NCBI GenBank assembly: GCA_910587255.1
Contig: CAJUKT010000073.1
Span: 5,700 to 69,699 of the forward strand
Direction: 5' to 3'
Length of the DNA: 64,000 bases
Source of the DNA: an uncultured Oscillospiraceae bacterium
GTDB taxonomy: Bacteria > Bacillota > Clostridia > Oscillospirales > Oscillospiraceae
The notes below the pieces were generated by a model that had not been told where the DNA came from, ran no database searches, and saw only the letters and a program-made list of their open reading frames with translations. Positions 1-9,139 of this stretch are shown here, piece by piece. The first letter of the stretch is position 1. Each line of letters opens with the position of its first letter. A program made the translations under genes and the position numbers.

Positions 1-58
1 TGGTCTTGCCGACACCGCCTTTCTGGTTGGTTAAAGCAATTACTTTGCAGTTTGACAT
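1..58 (-). CDS. ParA/Soj-family ATPase, first 19 codons only (gene runs off the window)
   Basis: The reverse complement reads MSNCKVIALTNQKGGVGKT, which contains the deviant Walker A KGGxGKT. AAGGAGG lies at 68-74, 9 nt upstream of the ATG. Confidence 0.7.
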   Translation of the reverse strand, partial: MSNCKVIALTNQKGGVGKT

Positions 59-176
59 AGGGTGCGTCCTCCTTTCGCATAGATTTAGCCGCTTTGTCAA
101 GGCGGCTATGTAAAATGCTATACTAAACCACACACTTTTGAATCCATCAATGATGTGATTTTATAAATGGCAGGGC

Positions 177-221
177 GCAAAAAAGCCGCTTACTCTTAGT
201 TGAATTAAGAATAAGCGGCTT
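177..221 (-). terminator. Rho-independent terminator after the 59/62-aa ORF
   Basis: A 10-bp stem AAGCCGCTTA (183-192) / TAAGCGGCTT (212-221) is followed on the minus strand by a U-run (A-run 179-184 on plus). Confidence 0.6.
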
Positions 222-235
222 CATAACGATGCGCC

Positions 236-415
236 TTACATATATTCAATTTTTACTTTCTTTATCGGGGCATTGGCTACCTTGAAGATAAGCTCGTCAA
301 CGCAGTCCCCATATTTGCCCTGCTGTATGAGCTGATTTTTCAACTCCACAAGGCTATGTAAAAGTAATGATTTTTCCCTGCTGTCTACATATAAGTGTGT
401 TTTCTTTTCCCTCAT
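236..415 (-). CDS. Small hypothetical protein (59 aa from ATG 415, or 62 aa from GTG 424)
   Basis: ORF-track entry MDGMREKKTHLYVDSREK... It sits in the low-GC block and has its own terminator. No family was recognised. Confidence 0.45.
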   Translation of the reverse strand: MREKKTHLYVDSREKSLLLHSLVELKNQLIQQGKYGDCVDELIFKVANAPIKKVKIEYM

Positions 416-485
416 ACCGTCCACCGTCCTTTCTTGGGTCTATTATAATCAAAGACGGCTTGATATTCAAAGATGCAAACGAGTG

Positions 486-525
486 AAAAAAATAAGCGTA
501 CCACTATTTCTAATGATACGCTTAT
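486..525 (-). terminator. Rho-independent terminator
   Basis: A 9-bp stem ATAAGCGTA (492-500) / TACGCTTAT (517-525) has an A-run at 486-492 on plus, which is a U-run on the minus strand. Confidence 0.55.
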
Positions 526-538
526 CCTAATTCAGTTC

Positions 539-665
539 TTAATCAAGGTCGATATATACCGTTACGGTAGTTTCTCTCCATTGATTTTTCCTTACATACT
601 GTCCGTTAGCCTTTCGGTAAGCTGCTGCCTGCTCGAAAGACAGCGGTAATTCAAAGGAAAGAGAA
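539..665 (-). pseudogene. 3' fragment (about 40 codons) of a truncated gene at the element/chromosome junction
   Basis: The frame ...SLSFELPLSFEQAAAYRKANGQYVRKNQWRETTVTVYIDLD* ends at 539 and has its own terminator. There is no ATG/GTG/TTG start inside the low-GC DNA. The listed 91-aa ORF stays open only by running antisense into ppdK. Confidence 0.35.
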
Positions 666-668
666 CTC

Positions 669-3296
669 CTACCTACTTTTGATAGCCGCCTGAGCGGCGG
701 CCAGCCGGGCGATGGGCACACGGAAGGGGGAGCAGGACACATAGTCCAGCCCAATCTTGTGGCAGAACTCCACGCTGGCGGGATCGCCGCCGTGCTCACC
801 GCAGATACCCACATGGATGTGGGGGTTGGTGGAGCGGCCCCAGCGGGCAGCGTTGGAGATGAGACGGCCTACGCCGTGCTGATCCAGCTTGGCGAAGGGA
901 TCGTTCTCGTAAATCTTCTTGTCGTAGTAGGCGTCCAGGAACTTGCCGGCATCGTCCCGGCTGAAGCCGAACACCAGCTGGGTCAGGTCGTTGGAGCCAA
1001 AGGAGAAGAAGTCGGAGATGGGGGCGATATCATCGGCGGTCATGGCGGCCCGGGGAGTCTCAATCATGTTGCCCACCTTATAGGTCATGCTGGAGCCCGC
1101 CTCCTTCAGCAGCTCATCGGCCACGCTGGTGACAATGCTCTTGACGTAGGAAAATTCCTTCAGTTCGCCCACCAGGGGGATCATAATCTCGGGAACAATC
1201 GTCCACTCAGGATGGCGGGCCTGAACGGCCAGGGCGGCCTTGATGACGGCCTTGGTCTGCATCCTGGCGATCTCAGGGAAGGTGACGCTCAGGCGGCAGC
1301 CGCGATGGCCCATCATGGGGTTGAATTCGTGGAGGCTGGCGATGATGGCCTTGATATCCTCCACGGACTTGCCCATCTCCTTGGCCATGGCGGCGATGTC
1401 GGCCTCCTCGGTGGGGACAAACTCGTGCAGGGGGGGGTCCAGGTAGCGGATGGTGACGGGGCAGCCCTCCATGGCCTCATAGATGCCCTCGAAATCGCTC
1501 TGCTGCATGGGCTCCAGCTTGGCCAGGGCCTTCTCGCGCTGCTCCACGGTGTCGGAGCAGATCATCTCCCGGATGGCCTGGATGCGGTCGTCGTTGAAGA
1601 ACATGTGCTCGGTACGGCACAGGCCGATGCCCTCCGCGCCGAATTTCTTGGCCTGAGCGGCGTCGTGGGGGGTGTCGGCATTGGTCCGAACGCCCAGGCG
1701 GCGGTACTTGTCGGCCCAGGCCATGACCCGGGCAAACTCGCCGCCGATGGTGGCGTCCACGGTGGGGATGGCGCCGTCGTAGATCTTGCCGGTGGAGCCG
1801 TCCAGGCTCAGCCAGTCGCCCTCATGGAAGGTCTTGCCCTTGAGCTCAAAGCGCTTATTCTCCTCGTCCATTTTGATCTCGCCGCAGCCGGAGACGCAGC
1901 AGCGGCCCATGCCGCGGGCCACCACGGCGGCGTGGGAGGTCATGCCGCCGCGCACGGTGAGGATGCCCTGGGCGGCCTTCATGCCCTCGATATCCTCGGG
2001 AGAGGTCTCCAGACGGACCAGCACCACCTTCTCGCCACGGGCGGTCCACTCCTTGGCGTCCTCGGCGGAGAAGACGATCTTGCCGCTGGCGGCGCCGGGG
2101 GAGGCGCCCAGGGCGGAGGCCAGCATGGGGGCTTCCTTCAGGGCCTGGCCGTCGAATTGGGGATGGAGCAGGGTGTCGAGGGACCGGGGCTCGATCATGG
2201 CCACGGCCTTCTTCTCGTCGATCATGCCCTCGTCCACCAGGTCGCAGGCGATTTTCAGCGCGGCGGCGGGGGTGCGCTTGCCGTTGCGGGTCTGGAGCAT
2301 GTAGAGCTTGCCGGCCTCCACGGTGAACTCCATGTCCTGCATGTCACGGTAGTGGTCTTCCAGGGTCTTGCAGACGCCCTCGAACTGGGCGAAGGCCTCG
2401 GGGAACTTATCCGCCATCTCACTGATGGGCATGGGGGTGCGCACGCCGGCCACCACGTCCTCGCCCTGGGCGTTGGTCAAAAACTCACCGAACAGCTTGC
2501 GCTCGCCGGTGGCGGGGTTGCGGGTGAAAGCCACGCCGGTGCCGCAGTCATCGCCCATGTTGCCGAAGGCCATGGACTGCACGTTGACGGCGGTGCCCCA
2601 GGAATAGGGGATGTCGTTGTCCCGGCGGTAGACGTTGGCGCGGGGGTTGTCCCAGGAACGGAACACGGCCTTGATGGCGCCCATCAGCTGCTCCTTGGGG
2701 TCGGAGGGGAAGTCGGCGCCGATTTTGGCCTTGTACTCGGCCTTGAACTGGCCGGCCAGCTCCTTCAGGTCGTCGGCGGTGAGCTCCACGTCCTGGGTGA
2801 CGCCCTTCTTCTCCTTCATCTGGTCGATGAGCTGTTCAAAATACTTCTTGCCCACCTCCATAACCACGTCGGAGTACATCTGGATGAAGCGGCGGTAGCA
2901 GTCCCAGGCCCAGCGGGGATTGCCGGACTTGCGGGAGAGAACCTCCACCACGTCCTCGTTCAAGCCCAGGTTGAGGATGGTGTCCATCATGCCGGGCATA
3001 GAGGCCCGCGCACCGGAGCGGACGGAGACCAGCAGGGGATTTTCCTTGTCGCCGAATTTCTTGCCGGTGATTTCCTCCATTTTGACGATATACTCCATGA
3101 TCTGCGCCTGGATGCCGTCATTGATTTTCTGCCCGTCCTCGTAGTACTGGGTGCACGCCTCGGTGGTGATGGTAAAGCCCTGGGGCACGGGCAGGCCGAT
3201 GTTGGTCATCTCGGCCAGATTGGCGCCCTTGCCGCCCAGGAGCTCGCGCATGTTGGCGTTGCCCTCGGAGAACAGGTAGACATATTTGTGAGCCAT
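669..3296 (-). CDS. ppdK: Pyruvate, phosphate dikinase
   Basis: MAHKYVYLFSEGNANMRELLGGKGANLAEM..., with the phosphohistidine motif GGMTSHAAVVARG and a C-terminal PEP-utilising domain. The start was set at ATG 3296 because GGAGG lies 8 nt upstream. Confidence 0.95.
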   Translation of the reverse strand: MAHKYVYLFSEGNANMRELLGGKGANLAEMTNIGLPVPQGFTITTEACTQYYEDGQKINDGIQAQIMEYIVKMEEITGKKFGDKENPLLVSVRSGARASMPGMMDTILNLGLNEDVVEVLSRKSGNPRWAWDCYRRFIQMYSDVVMEVGKKYFEQLIDQMKEKKGVTQDVELTADDLKELAGQFKAEYKAKIGADFPSDPKEQLMGAIKAVFRSWDNPRANVYRRDNDIPYSWGTAVNVQSMAFGNMGDDCGTGVAFTRNPATGERKLFGEFLTNAQGEDVVAGVRTPMPISEMADKFPEAFAQFEGVCKTLEDHYRDMQDMEFTVEAGKLYMLQTRNGKRTPAAALKIACDLVDEGMIDEKKAVAMIEPRSLDTLLHPQFDGQALKEAPMLASALGASPGAASGKIVFSAEDAKEWTARGEKVVLVRLETSPEDIEGMKAAQGILTVRGGMTSHAAVVARGMGRCCVSGCGEIKMDEENKRFELKGKTFHEGDWLSLDGSTGKIYDGAIPTVDATIGGEFARVMAWADKYRRLGVRTNADTPHDAAQAKKFGAEGIGLCRTEHMFFNDDRIQAIREMICSDTVEQREKALAKLEPMQQSDFEGIYEAMEGCPVTIRYLDPPLHEFVPTEEADIAAMAKEMGKSVEDIKAIIASLHEFNPMMGHRGCRLSVTFPEIARMQTKAVIKAALAVQARHPEWTIVPEIMIPLVGELKEFSYVKSIVTSVADELLKEAGSSMTYKVGNMIETPRAAMTADDIAPISDFFSFGSNDLTQLVFGFSRDDAGKFLDAYYDKKIYENDPFAKLDQHGVGRLISNAARWGRSTNPHIHVGICGEHGGDPASVEFCHKIGLDYVSCSPFRVPIARLAAAQAAIKSR

Positions 3297-3362
3297 TGTA
3301 CATTCCTCCAATTTTGATTCGGATGTGCAGGGTAAGCGCGGGGATAGGGTTTCAATGGCAAT

Positions 3363-3391
3363 ATTTTAGCAGAATACACAAGTACGGTCAA
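3363..3391 (-). promoter_or_regulatory. Sigma-A-type promoter for ppdK
   Basis: On the minus strand, TTGACC (3391-3386), a 17-nt spacer and TAAAAT (3368-3363). Confidence 0.5.
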
Positions 3392-3529
3392 GTAAGACTT
3401 GCCTGTCTTTTCAGATTTTCCCAAGGAAACCGCCGCGGTTTTCGCAATGTGATATTTTACAAAAAGCGGGATTGCTATGCGGTAAAACATGTTTTGTACT
3501 ATGAAATTTTGCGGATAAGGAAAAAGCTG

Positions 3530-3557
3530 TTGACAAAAAGCGGCTTTATGCTATGCT
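3530..3557 (+). promoter_or_regulatory. Sigma-A-type promoter for glnA
   Basis: TTGACA (3530-3535), a 16-nt spacer and TGcTATGCT, an extended -10 (3549-3557). Confidence 0.5.
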
Positions 3558-3634
3558 GAAAGCGGGAAATGAAAAATTTGACGTTTTAAGCGGCGCGGGC
3601 CGGGCCCTCCGCCGCAGGAAAGGGGAAACGAGCC

Positions 3635-4966
3635 ATGGGCTATACCAAAGAGGATATTATCCGCATCGTGCGGGAGGAGGACGTGAAGTTTATCCGCATG
3701 CAGTTTACCGACATATTCGGCCAGCTGAAAAACGTGGCGATCACCGCCTCCCAGATTGAGAAGGCGGTGAATAACCAGATCATGCTGGACGGCTCGTCCA
3801 TTGAGGGCTTTGTGCGCATCAACGAGTCCGACCAGTACCTGTACCCGGATCTGAACAGCTTTGTGGTTTTCCCCTGGGAGCCCGAGGAGGCCAAGGTGGC
3901 CCGGCTCATCTGCGATGTGCACAACCCGGACGGTTCCTCCTTTGTGGGCGATCCCCGGGGCGTGCTGGAGCGGGTGCTGGAGCGGGCCAGGGCCATGGGC
4001 TACGACACCTTTAATGTGGGGCCCGAGGCGGAGTTTTTCCTGTTCCAGACCGACGGGGAGGGCAAGCCCACCACCAAGACCAACGACGAGGCGGGCTATT
4101 TTGACCTGGGGCCGCTGGATCACGGCGAGCCCACCCGGCGGCGCATCTGCCTGGCCCTGGAGCAGATGGGGTATGAGATTGAGGCGTCCCACCACGAGGT
4201 GGCGCCCGGCCAGCACGAGATCGACTTCAAGTATGCCCCCGCTCTGGACTGTGCGGACAAGATCATGACCTTCAAGCTGGCGGTGAAGACCATCGCCCAG
4301 CGGGACGGCCTTCACGCCACCTTTATGCCCAAACCCATCTACGGTCTGGCGGGCAACGGAATGCACACCAACATGTCGCTGTTCCGAGACGGGGAGAACG
4401 TGTTTTTCGACGAAAAGGGGGACAAGGGGCTGTCCAGGGAGTGCTATTCCTTCATCGCGGGCATCCTGCGCCATATGAAGGGGATGGCGGCCGTCACCAA
4501 TCCGCTAGTAAATTCCTATAAGCGGCTGGTGCCCGGCTATGAGGCCCCCTGCTACATGGCCTGGTCCGCCTCCAACCGCTCCACCCTCATCCGCATCCCG
4601 GCCAGCCGGGGCCAGGGCACCCGGGTGGAGCTGCGCTGCCCAGACCCCGCCTGCAACCCCTATCTCTCGCTGGCGGTGTGCCTGGCGGCGGGGCTGGACG
4701 GCATCGCCAAGAATATGACCCCGCCCCCGGAGGTCACTGAGAATATCTTTGCCATGACCCCCGCCGCCCGGAGGCGCCGGGGCATCGAGGCCCTGCCCGG
4801 CTCCCTGGAAGAGGCCCTGGCCGCCATGAAGAAGGATAAGCTGGTCATGGCCACCCTGGGCCAGCACGTCACCAGCCAGTATATCGCCGGCAAGGAGGCG
4901 GAGTGGGACGAGTACCGCACCCGGGTGTCGTCCTGGGAGCGGGATAAGTATATCATTAACTACTGA
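3635..4966 (+). CDS. glnA: Glutamine synthetase, type I
   Basis: 443 aa, [34 protein letters not shown]..., with full-length GS beta-grasp and catalytic domains. Confidence 0.95.
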   Translation: MGYTKEDIIRIVREEDVKFIRMQFTDIFGQLKNVAITASQIEKAVNNQIMLDGSSIEGFVRINESDQYLYPDLNSFVVFPWEPEEAKVARLICDVHNPDGSSFVGDPRGVLERVLERARAMGYDTFNVGPEAEFFLFQTDGEGKPTTKTNDEAGYFDLGPLDHGEPTRRRICLALEQMGYEIEASHHEVAPGQHEIDFKYAPALDCADKIMTFKLAVKTIAQRDGLHATFMPKPIYGLAGNGMHTNMSLFRDGENVFFDEKGDKGLSRECYSFIAGILRHMKGMAAVTNPLVNSYKRLVPGYEAPCYMAWSASNRSTLIRIPASRGQGTRVELRCPDPACNPYLSLAVCLAAGLDGIAKNMTPPPEVTENIFAMTPAARRRRGIEALPGSLEEALAAMKKDKLVMATLGQHVTSQYIAGKEAEWDEYRTRVSSWERDKYIINY

Positions 4967-5105
4967 AAGAGGAGATCTTTCATCTGCCGGAAGAATTCAC
5001 GATTCGCACGGAGTTCGAATAGCCCGCCGCCTCTGGGCCGTCCGCGCCTCCGGCCTCATACTGCGCCGGCAAAGCGCATACGCTTTCCCATAAGGAGGGG
5101 AGCGT

Positions 5106-5900
5106 ATGCGCTTTACCAAAATGCACGGCCTGGGGAATGATTACATTTTTATCAACTGCATGGCCGGTACGCCGGACGGCCTGCCCGAGCTGGCCCGCCG
5201 CCTGTCGGACCGGCACTTCGGCGTGGGCGGGGACGGCATCATCTGTGTGTGCCCGTCCCAGCGGGCGGATTTCAAAATGCGGATGTTCAACGCCGACGGC
5301 TCCGAGGGGGCCATGTGCGGCAACGGCATCCGTTGCTTTGGCAAGTACGTGTACGACAAGGGGCTGACAAACAAGCGGCATCTCGCCGTCGAGACCGGGG
5401 CGGGGGAGCGGGAGCTGTCCCTGCTCATCCGGGACGGCGCGGCGGCGGGGGCGGCGGTGGGGATGGGCGTGCCCGTGGTGCAGCCGCCCGTTGCGCTGGC
5501 CATCGGGGACAGGGAGTACGAAGCCGTCCCCGTGTCCATGGGCAATCCCCACGCGGTAATTGAGGCGGACGCTCCCGCCGCCCTGGACTTGACCGCCCTG
5601 GGCCCGCAGGTGGAGCGCCATCCCGCCTTTCCCGGCCGGGTGAACGCGGAGTTTGTCCGGGTGGTGAACCGGCGGGAGCTGGAGATGCGGGTGTGGGAGC
5701 GGGGCAGCGGGGAAACGCTGGCCTGCGGCACCGGGGCGTGCGCGGCGGCGGCGGCCATGGCCGCCCTGGGAAAGCTGGAGCGGGAGGCGGTGGTACACCT
5801 GGCCGGGGGGGATTTGCAGGTGCGCTGGGAGGAAAAATCCGGCCAAATGTTCATGACCGGCCCCGCCGCCGCCGTGTTTGATGGCGAAACTGCCGATTGA
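5106..5900 (+). CDS. dapF: Diaminopimelate epimerase
   Basis: MRFTKMHGLGNDYIFI..., with both catalytic Cys contexts (CGNGIRCF and ACGTGACAAA). Confidence 0.93.
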   Translation: MRFTKMHGLGNDYIFINCMAGTPDGLPELARRLSDRHFGVGGDGIICVCPSQRADFKMRMFNADGSEGAMCGNGIRCFGKYVYDKGLTNKRHLAVETGAGERELSLLIRDGAAAGAAVGMGVPVVQPPVALAIGDREYEAVPVSMGNPHAVIEADAPAALDLTALGPQVERHPAFPGRVNAEFVRVVNRRELEMRVWERGSGETLACGTGACAAAAAMAALGKLEREAVVHLAGGDLQVRWEEKSGQMFMTGPAAAVFDGETAD

Positions 5901-5957
5901 CCGGGACGGGGACTTGTTGTAAAATAGTTTAACTCAATAAAGTAAGGAGTGGTCCCC

Positions 5958-7181
5958 ATGGCCCACATCAATCAGAATTTCCGCAAGCTCCCCGGCGGCT
6001 ACCTGTTCCCGGAGATCGGACGCCGCGTAAGGGCCTTTTCCGCCCAGAACCCGCCCATGCCCCTCATCCGACTGGGGATCGGCGATGTGACCCAGCCCCT
6101 GGCCCCCGTGGTGGTGGAAGCCATGGTGAAGGCGTCCCGTGAGATGGGGGTGAAGGAGACCTTCCGGGGCTACTGCGAGGAGACCTGCTGCGCCTACGAC
6201 TTCCTGCGCTTTGCCATCCGGGATTCCTACCGGGAGCGTGGGGTGGAAATCGCCGACGATGAGATTTTTGTTTCCGACGGGGCCAAGACCGACTGCGGCA
6301 GCATCGGCGATATCTTTTCCTCGGACAACGTGGTGGCGGTGTGCGACCCGGTTTATCCCGTCTATGTGGATACCAGCGCCATGGCGGGTCGTGCCGGGGA
6401 CTTCGACGGGGAGAGGTGGACAAATCTTGTATACCTGCCCTGTACGGCGGAAAACGGCTTTTTCCCCAGCCTGCCTGCGGGGGATCGGGTCCCCGACCTC
6501 ATCTACATCTGCTCCCCCAACAACCCCACCGGGGCGGCGGCCACGAAGGAGCAGCTCCAGGTGTGGGTGGACTACGCCAACGCCCACGGCAGCGTGATTT
6601 TGTTCGACTCCGCCTATGAGGCGTTCATTACCCAGCCGGACGTTCCCCACAGCATTTTTGAGGTGGAGGGAGCCAGGACCTGCGCCATTGAGTTCCGGTC
6701 CTTTTCTAAGTCCGCCGGGTTTACCGGCACCCGCTGCGCCTATACGGTTATCCCCAAGGCGCTGGAGCGGGAGGGGGTGTCCCTCCATGCGCTGTGGAAC
6801 CGCCGCCAGGGGAGCAAGTTCAACGGCGTGCCCTATGTGGTCCAGCGGGCGGCGGAGGCGGCGCTGTCCCCGGAGGGGCGCGTCCAGAACCAAAGCGCCA
6901 TCAGCTATTATTTGAATAACGCCAGGGTCATCCGGGAGGGGCTGAGCGCCGCCGGGCTCACGGTGTACGGCGGGGTGAACGCGCCCTACCTCTGGGTGAA
7001 GACCCCCGGCGGCATGCCGTCCTGGGATTTCTTTGACCTGCTGCTGAAAAGGGCCTGTGTGGTCACCACCCCTGGCGCGGGCTTTGGCCCCAGCGGGGAG
7101 GGCTACATCCGCATTACGGCCTTTGGGGACGCCGCCGCCACGGAAGAGGCGGTCCGCCGCATCGTTTCCGTGCTGGATTAG
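5958..7181 (+). CDS. dapL: LL-diaminopimelate aminotransferase
   Basis: [20 protein letters not shown]... and the PLP-lysine motif [19 protein letters not shown] lies 8 nt before ATG 5958. Confidence 0.9.
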   Translation: MAHINQNFRKLPGGYLFPEIGRRVRAFSAQNPPMPLIRLGIGDVTQPLAPVVVEAMVKASREMGVKETFRGYCEETCCAYDFLRFAIRDSYRERGVEIADDEIFVSDGAKTDCGSIGDIFSSDNVVAVCDPVYPVYVDTSAMAGRAGDFDGERWTNLVYLPCTAENGFFPSLPAGDRVPDLIYICSPNNPTGAAATKEQLQVWVDYANAHGSVILFDSAYEAFITQPDVPHSIFEVEGARTCAIEFRSFSKSAGFTGTRCAYTVIPKALEREGVSLHALWNRRQGSKFNGVPYVVQRAAEAALSPEGRVQNQSAISYYLNNARVIREGLSAAGLTVYGGVNAPYLWVKTPGGMPSWDFFDLLLKRACVVTTPGAGFGPSGEGYIRITAFGDAAATEEAVRRIVSVLD

Positions 7182-7208
7182 CAAGTACCAAATAATATAA
7201 TATAAAAA

Positions 7209-7250
7209 CAAACCCGCCCGCCGGAGCTTCCGGCGGGCGGGTTTTCGCTT
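7209..7250 (+). terminator. Rho-independent terminator after dapL
   Basis: Stem ACCCGCCCGCCGGA / TCCGGCGGGCGGGT followed by TTTCGCTTT. Confidence 0.75.
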
Positions 7251-7266
7251 TGTCCCGGCCATGCTG

Positions 7267-7295
7267 GAATATTGTGGGACACGCCCTCATAGGAT
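7267..7295 (+). promoter_or_regulatory. Sigma-E-like sporulation promoter of the spoIIIA operon
   Basis: GAATATT (7267-7273), a 14-nt spacer and CATAGGAT (7288-7295). The B. subtilis sigma-E consensus is kmATATT-N13-15-CATACAnT. Confidence 0.5.
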
Positions 7296-7320
7296 TGGGG
7301 TAACAAAGGCGGTGAACGGT

Positions 7321-8223
7321 ATGGACGAAAGAAAACCCTGGCGGCAGGCGGCGGCGGTGCTGCCGCCCCATCTGCGGGACGGCCTGCACGCTCTGGGGGA
7401 GGACAGGCTGGACCGGGTGGAGGAATTCCGCCTGCGCCGGGGCTTCCCCATGACGGCGCTTGTGTCGGAGGGGGAGGTGGAGCTGGACACGCCCCCTGTG
7501 GGCGAGGACGGGCTGCGGCAGGTGGTGGAGAACGCCACCCAGTCTTCCGCCCACACGGCGCTGGACCGGGTGCGGCAGGGCTTTGTCACCCTCCGGGGCG
7601 GCCACCGGGTAGGCATGTGCGGATCGGTGGTGCGGAAGGAGGGGCGGATCGTCACCCTTCGGGAGCTGTCGTCCCTGTCAATCCGGGTGGCGCGCACCGT
7701 GCCCGGGCTGGCCGGGCCCCTTCTGCCGGAGCTGACGGAGGAGGGGCGGTTTGTGAGCACCTTGATTGCCGCCCCGCCGGGGGCGGGCAAGACCACCCTG
7801 CTGCGGGATCTGGTGCGGGCGCTGTCCGATGGGGAGGCGGGCGCACCCCTGCGGGTGGCGGTGGCGGACGAGCGGGGGGAGATCGCCGCTTTGTGGCGGG
7901 GGGAGCCCCAGCTCTACGTGGGCCGCCATACCGATGTGCTGGACGGCTGCGCCAAGGCGGAGGGGCTGTCCATCCTCATCCGGGGAATGAATCCCCAGGT
8001 GGCGGCGGTGGACGAGCTGGGCGGCGGTGAGGACGCCCGGGCAGTGGCGGAGGCGGCAGGGTGCGGCGTGGCCGTGGTGGCCACCGTCCACGGGACGGGG
8101 GTGGACGGCCTGCGCCGCCGCCCCGCCTGCCGGGCGCTGCTGGAGCTGGGCCTGTTCCGGCGGCTGGTGGTTCTGGAGCACCGGGGCGGGGTGCGCACGG
8201 CGCGGGCGGAGGCGCTGCCATGA
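7321..8223 (+). CDS. spoIIIAA: Stage III sporulation protein AA (ATPase)
   Basis: Walker A APPGAGKTTLLRDL, and first gene of an eight-gene spoIIIA-type cluster. The start was set at ATG 7321, downstream of the putative promoter. Confidence 0.85.
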   Translation: MDERKPWRQAAAVLPPHLRDGLHALGEDRLDRVEEFRLRRGFPMTALVSEGEVELDTPPVGEDGLRQVVENATQSSAHTALDRVRQGFVTLRGGHRVGMCGSVVRKEGRIVTLRELSSLSIRVARTVPGLAGPLLPELTEEGRFVSTLIAAPPGAGKTTLLRDLVRALSDGEAGAPLRVAVADERGEIAALWRGEPQLYVGRHTDVLDGCAKAEGLSILIRGMNPQVAAVDELGGGEDARAVAEAAGCGVAVVATVHGTGVDGLRRRPACRALLELGLFRRLVVLEHRGGVRTARAEALP

Positions 8224-8732
8224 TGCGGCTGATGGGAGCGGCGCTGGTGGTGGCCGGGTGCGGGGCGCTGGGGCTTCGGGCGGCCGCCCGGCTGGAGGGC
8301 CGGGTAAGGGACCTGGGGGAGCTGGCGGCGGGGCTGGATACCCTGCGCCGGGAGCTGGGCTGGCGTCTGAGCCCCCTGCCCGACGGGCTGGAGGCGGCAG
8401 GCCGGGCGCTCCACGGCCCGGCGGCGGATTTCTTCGCCCAGTGCGCCCGGCGGGCCCGCGCGCCGGACGGACAGGCGTTTCAGGAGGTGTGGCGTGCTGA
8501 GCTGGACGCCGCCCCGCTGCGGCTGAAGCCGGAGGACCGGGCGCTGCTGGAGCGGCTGGGCCCGGTGCTGGGCCGGTATGACGGGGACAGCCAGCGCCTG
8601 GCGCTGGAGGAGGGGGCCGCAGGGCTGCGTGCCCTCCAGGGCGCGGCGGCGGACGAGCGGAACCGCCTGGGCCGTGTGTACGGCGTGCTGGGGGTGACAA
8701 CGGGGCTGCTGGCGGCCATCGTGCTGCTTTGA
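8220..8732 (+). CDS. spoIIIAB: Stage III sporulation protein AB
   Basis: MMRLMGAALVVAGCGALG... The ATGATG start overlaps the spoIIIAA stop. Size and position match SpoIIIAB. Confidence 0.75.
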   Translation: MMRLMGAALVVAGCGALGLRAAARLEGRVRDLGELAAGLDTLRRELGWRLSPLPDGLEAAGRALHGPAADFFAQCARRARAPDGQAFQEVWRAELDAAPLRLKPEDRALLERLGPVLGRYDGDSQRLALEEGAAGLRALQGAAADERNRLGRVYGVLGVTTGLLAAIVLL

Positions 8733-8755
8733 CGGCGCGCCCCGCGGAGTTTTAA

Positions 8756-8915
8756 GAAGCTGTACGAATAGTCGAAGTATTCAGATTCGCGAGCCGAAAT
8801 TGCCGGTGGCAAGGCGAAAAATCGCGGGAATACTTGGTGTATTTCAAGATTTCTCAACGCAGCCGGCGGCAATTTGGGCCGTAAAGCTGGGTGCTGAGGC
8901 TATTGGTATAGCTTC
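8756..8915 (-). repeat. MITE-like palindromic element, family A, full copy (inverted relative to the 33428 copy)
   Basis: Terminal inverted repeats GAAGCTGTACGAATAG... and ...CTATTGGTATAGCTTC, flanked by TAA (8753-8755) and TAA (8916-8918). Roughly nine of ten bases match the reverse complement of 33428-33588 by hand alignment. Confidence 0.8.
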
Positions 8916-8936
8916 TAAATCTACACAGGAGGACGG

Positions 8937-9134
8937 ATGATGGACGTGGACCTTATCTTCAAAATTGCGGCAATTGGTATTTTGGTGTCGGTGCTCAACC
9001 AGGTGCTCACCCGCTCGGGGAGGGATGAGATGGCCACCATGACCACCCTGGTGGCGCTGGTGGTGGTGCTGATGATCGTGGTGCAGCAGATCAACGACCT
9101 GTTCACCCTGGTAAAGGATCTGTTCGGGCTGTGA
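8937..9134 (+). CDS. spoIIIAC: Stage III sporulation protein AC
   Basis: 65 aa with two TM segments, MMDVDLIFKIAAIGILVSVLNQVLTRSGRDE..., a typical SpoIIIAC. Confidence 0.88.
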   Translation: MMDVDLIFKIAAIGILVSVLNQVLTRSGRDEMATMTTLVALVVVLMIVVQQINDLFTLVKDLFGL

Positions 9135-9139
9135 ACGGG

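Larger units (their letters stand above)
1..668. mobile_element. Low-GC block, probably the right edge of an integrated plasmid- or ICE-like element (extends beyond the left edge)
   Basis: A hand count gives 21/60 G+C at 241-300 versus 37/60 at 721-780. The block contains a ParA N-terminus, a small ORF and AT-rich terminators. The composition switches right at the ppdK stop codon (669). Confidence 0.45.

Noticed and set aside
539-814. The listed 91-aa minus-strand ORF as an intact gene.
   Set aside because: Its N-terminal two thirds run antisense through the ppdK 3' end with Pro/Ser/Trp-rich nonsense composition. Only the low-GC C-terminal part looks genuine, so it is treated as a gene fragment.
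759-3317. An 852-aa ORF on the plus strand, opposite ppdK. There are many similar long antisense ORFs, for example 17436-19556, 21076-23235, 30790-32679, 9103-10446, 46053-47003, 50818-51966 and 61429-63432.
   Set aside because: These are shadow ORFs typical of high-GC DNA. Their translations are low-complexity Gly/Ala/Pro/Arg/His-rich strings. They lack an RBS, and each lies opposite a gene with unmistakable family motifs.
3558-3634. A GC-rich hairpin (GCGGCGCGGGCCGGGCCCTCCGCCGC) in the glnA leader as a possible glutamine riboswitch or attenuator.
   Set aside because: No U-run follows it. It shows no resemblance to the glnA RNA motif that I can recall. I also could not find a TnrA/GlnR-type TGTNA-N7-TNACA box, so the evidence is insufficient.
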